Source of the DNA: a virus
Lineage: Duplodnaviria > Caudoviricetes
Direction: 5' to 3' (one strand)
Virus record (IMG/VR): IMGVR_UViG_3300009163_000042
Span: 1-55,667 of that record
Length of the DNA stretch: 55,667 nucleotides
Shown here: positions 55,046 through 55,667 of the stretch, in pieces
Layout: the number at the start of each line of letters is the position of its first letter
Numbering within the stretch: position 1 is the first letter of the stretch
Translations under genes and position numbers: made by a program
Notes under the pieces: generated by a model
Told to the model about the DNA's origin: nothing
Seen by the model: only the letters and a program-made list of their open reading frames with translations
Database searches by the model: none

Positions 55046-55074
55046 ATTATATCAAATTGACGAATTGTTGTACA
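55046..55074 (-). promoter_or_regulatory. sigma70-type promoter with conserved spacer
   Basis: TGTACA-ACAATTCGT-CAATTTGA-TATAAT. Confidence 0.85.
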
Positions 55075-55083
55075 CCGTTATTG

Positions 55084-55305
55084 TCATAGTTTCTCTCCAC
55101 AATGCGGACACAGTTTGGTACTAGCTTTACGCATTTCTTTCAGTGTCTTGTTTAGTTTCTTAGCATCAGTCAGCTGACTTTTAATTTTCTTACGATCTCG
55201 TTCGTGTTTGGCCTTGCCGAGTTCAGCTTTAAGATGCAGTTTCATTTTCTGAAGACGACCTTCAAAGATCTCTATAAAGCCTGTTATGCCAGTTGACTCA
55301 CTCAT
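55084..55305 (-). CDS. coiled-coil protein with C-terminal CPHCG
   Basis: 73-aa ORF; LCPHCGEKL. Confidence 0.7.
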   Translation of the reverse strand: MSESTGITGFIEIFEGRLQKMKLHLKAELGKAKHERDRKKIKSQLTDAKKLNKTLKEMRKASTKLCPHCGEKL

Positions 55306-55526
55306 TCTTCAACTCCGAAATGTCCTTTAATCAACTTGCCAAAGGTTACGTATGGTAGTGAAATATCGTTTTCATCTACGAGCCGGGCGCATTCCCGCAC
55401 AATCAACTCGGCGAACTTTGCTAAATCTGTTTGAGTGGTATAATAGATTGGTTCAGGTTCTAATGCCAAATCGTCATCAAATTCTAAACCAGCCTGTTCA
55501 GCAAGTTCTCGAATTCGTTCGTTCAT
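55302..55526 (-). CDS. MNERI-family small protein, copy 1
   Basis: MNERIRELAEQAG...KFAELIVRECA...IKGHFGVEE. Confidence 0.78.
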   Translation of the reverse strand: MNERIRELAEQAGLEFDDDLALEPEPIYYTTQTDLAKFAELIVRECARLVDENDISLPYVTFGKLIKGHFGVEE

Positions 55527-55667
55527 ACCGTTTTTCCTCTTCTTCTGATTGCTGCTTGCAACGAACAAAAATCGTCATGTGCTTTACGGGTTGTCTCCGC
55601 GTGTTTGTTGCTATGGCAATGAATAGACCACCACTTTCGTGCAAATTCTTCAACCTCCCTAGCACAC
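55523..55667 (-). CDS. 3' end of a small hypothetical gene (truncated by the window)
   Basis: ...CAREVEEFARKWW...QAAIRRRGKTV*; ATGA overlap with the next gene. Confidence 0.55.
   Translation of the reverse strand, partial: CAREVEEFARKWWSIHCHSNKHAETTRKAHDDFCSLQAAIRRRGKTV

Noticed and set aside
381-55124. Many short antisense or off-frame track ORFs (e.g. 381..623, 1930..2220, 7778..8008, 23213..23527, 32323..32679, 52426..52674)
   Set aside because: They are shadows of well-supported genes on the other strand or frame and show no recognisable motifs.
1-55667. Alternative genetic code (stop-codon reassignment)
   Set aside because: Core genes are full length under code 11, and TAA, TGA and TAG all end genes at expected positions. 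No suppressor tRNA was seen.

Overview
A 55.7-kb segment of a large lytic T4-like (myovirus) phage genome, standard genetic code. The host is probably a freshwater betaproteobacterium (inferred from the tmRNA tag and a TctC/Bug gene). 1-27 kb (minus): tail-fibre/adhesin genes, a 2246-aa DUF4815/VrlC-like structural protein, and baseplate genes gp8, gp7, gp6, gp25, PAAR, gp5, gp27-like, gp53 and gp48. 27-32 kb (plus): gp4, gp2, gp54/gp19-like, gp16, gp26, gp51 and a tape-measure-like gene. 32-55 kb (minus): gp32, gp59, gp33, tRNA-Arg(UCU), a ClpP-like protease, a SleB-like hydrolase, envelope proteins, a tmRNA, an AT-rich enzyme island, a Cas4-like exonuclease, PhoH and many small early genes. 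Highlights: (1) a circularly permuted two-piece tmRNA gene (tag ANDSQFALAA, G3-U70) whose intervening segment holds a complete, non-canonical tRNA-Arg(CCG); (2) the tmRNA post-tag pseudoknot recurs with covariation after the next gene; (3) a likely -1 frameshift joining gp26 to gp51 upstream of the tape measure; (4) an island with two PP-loop ATPases, ATP-grasp, NMO-like, 2OG-Fe(II), TctC and DUF2061 genes; (5) a phage-specific promoter motif TKTACA-WYAAWTCGT-N8-TATAAT; (6) a zinc-ribbon gene broken by a 10-bp tandem duplication. Product calls rest on recognised motifs and synteny; no database search was run.
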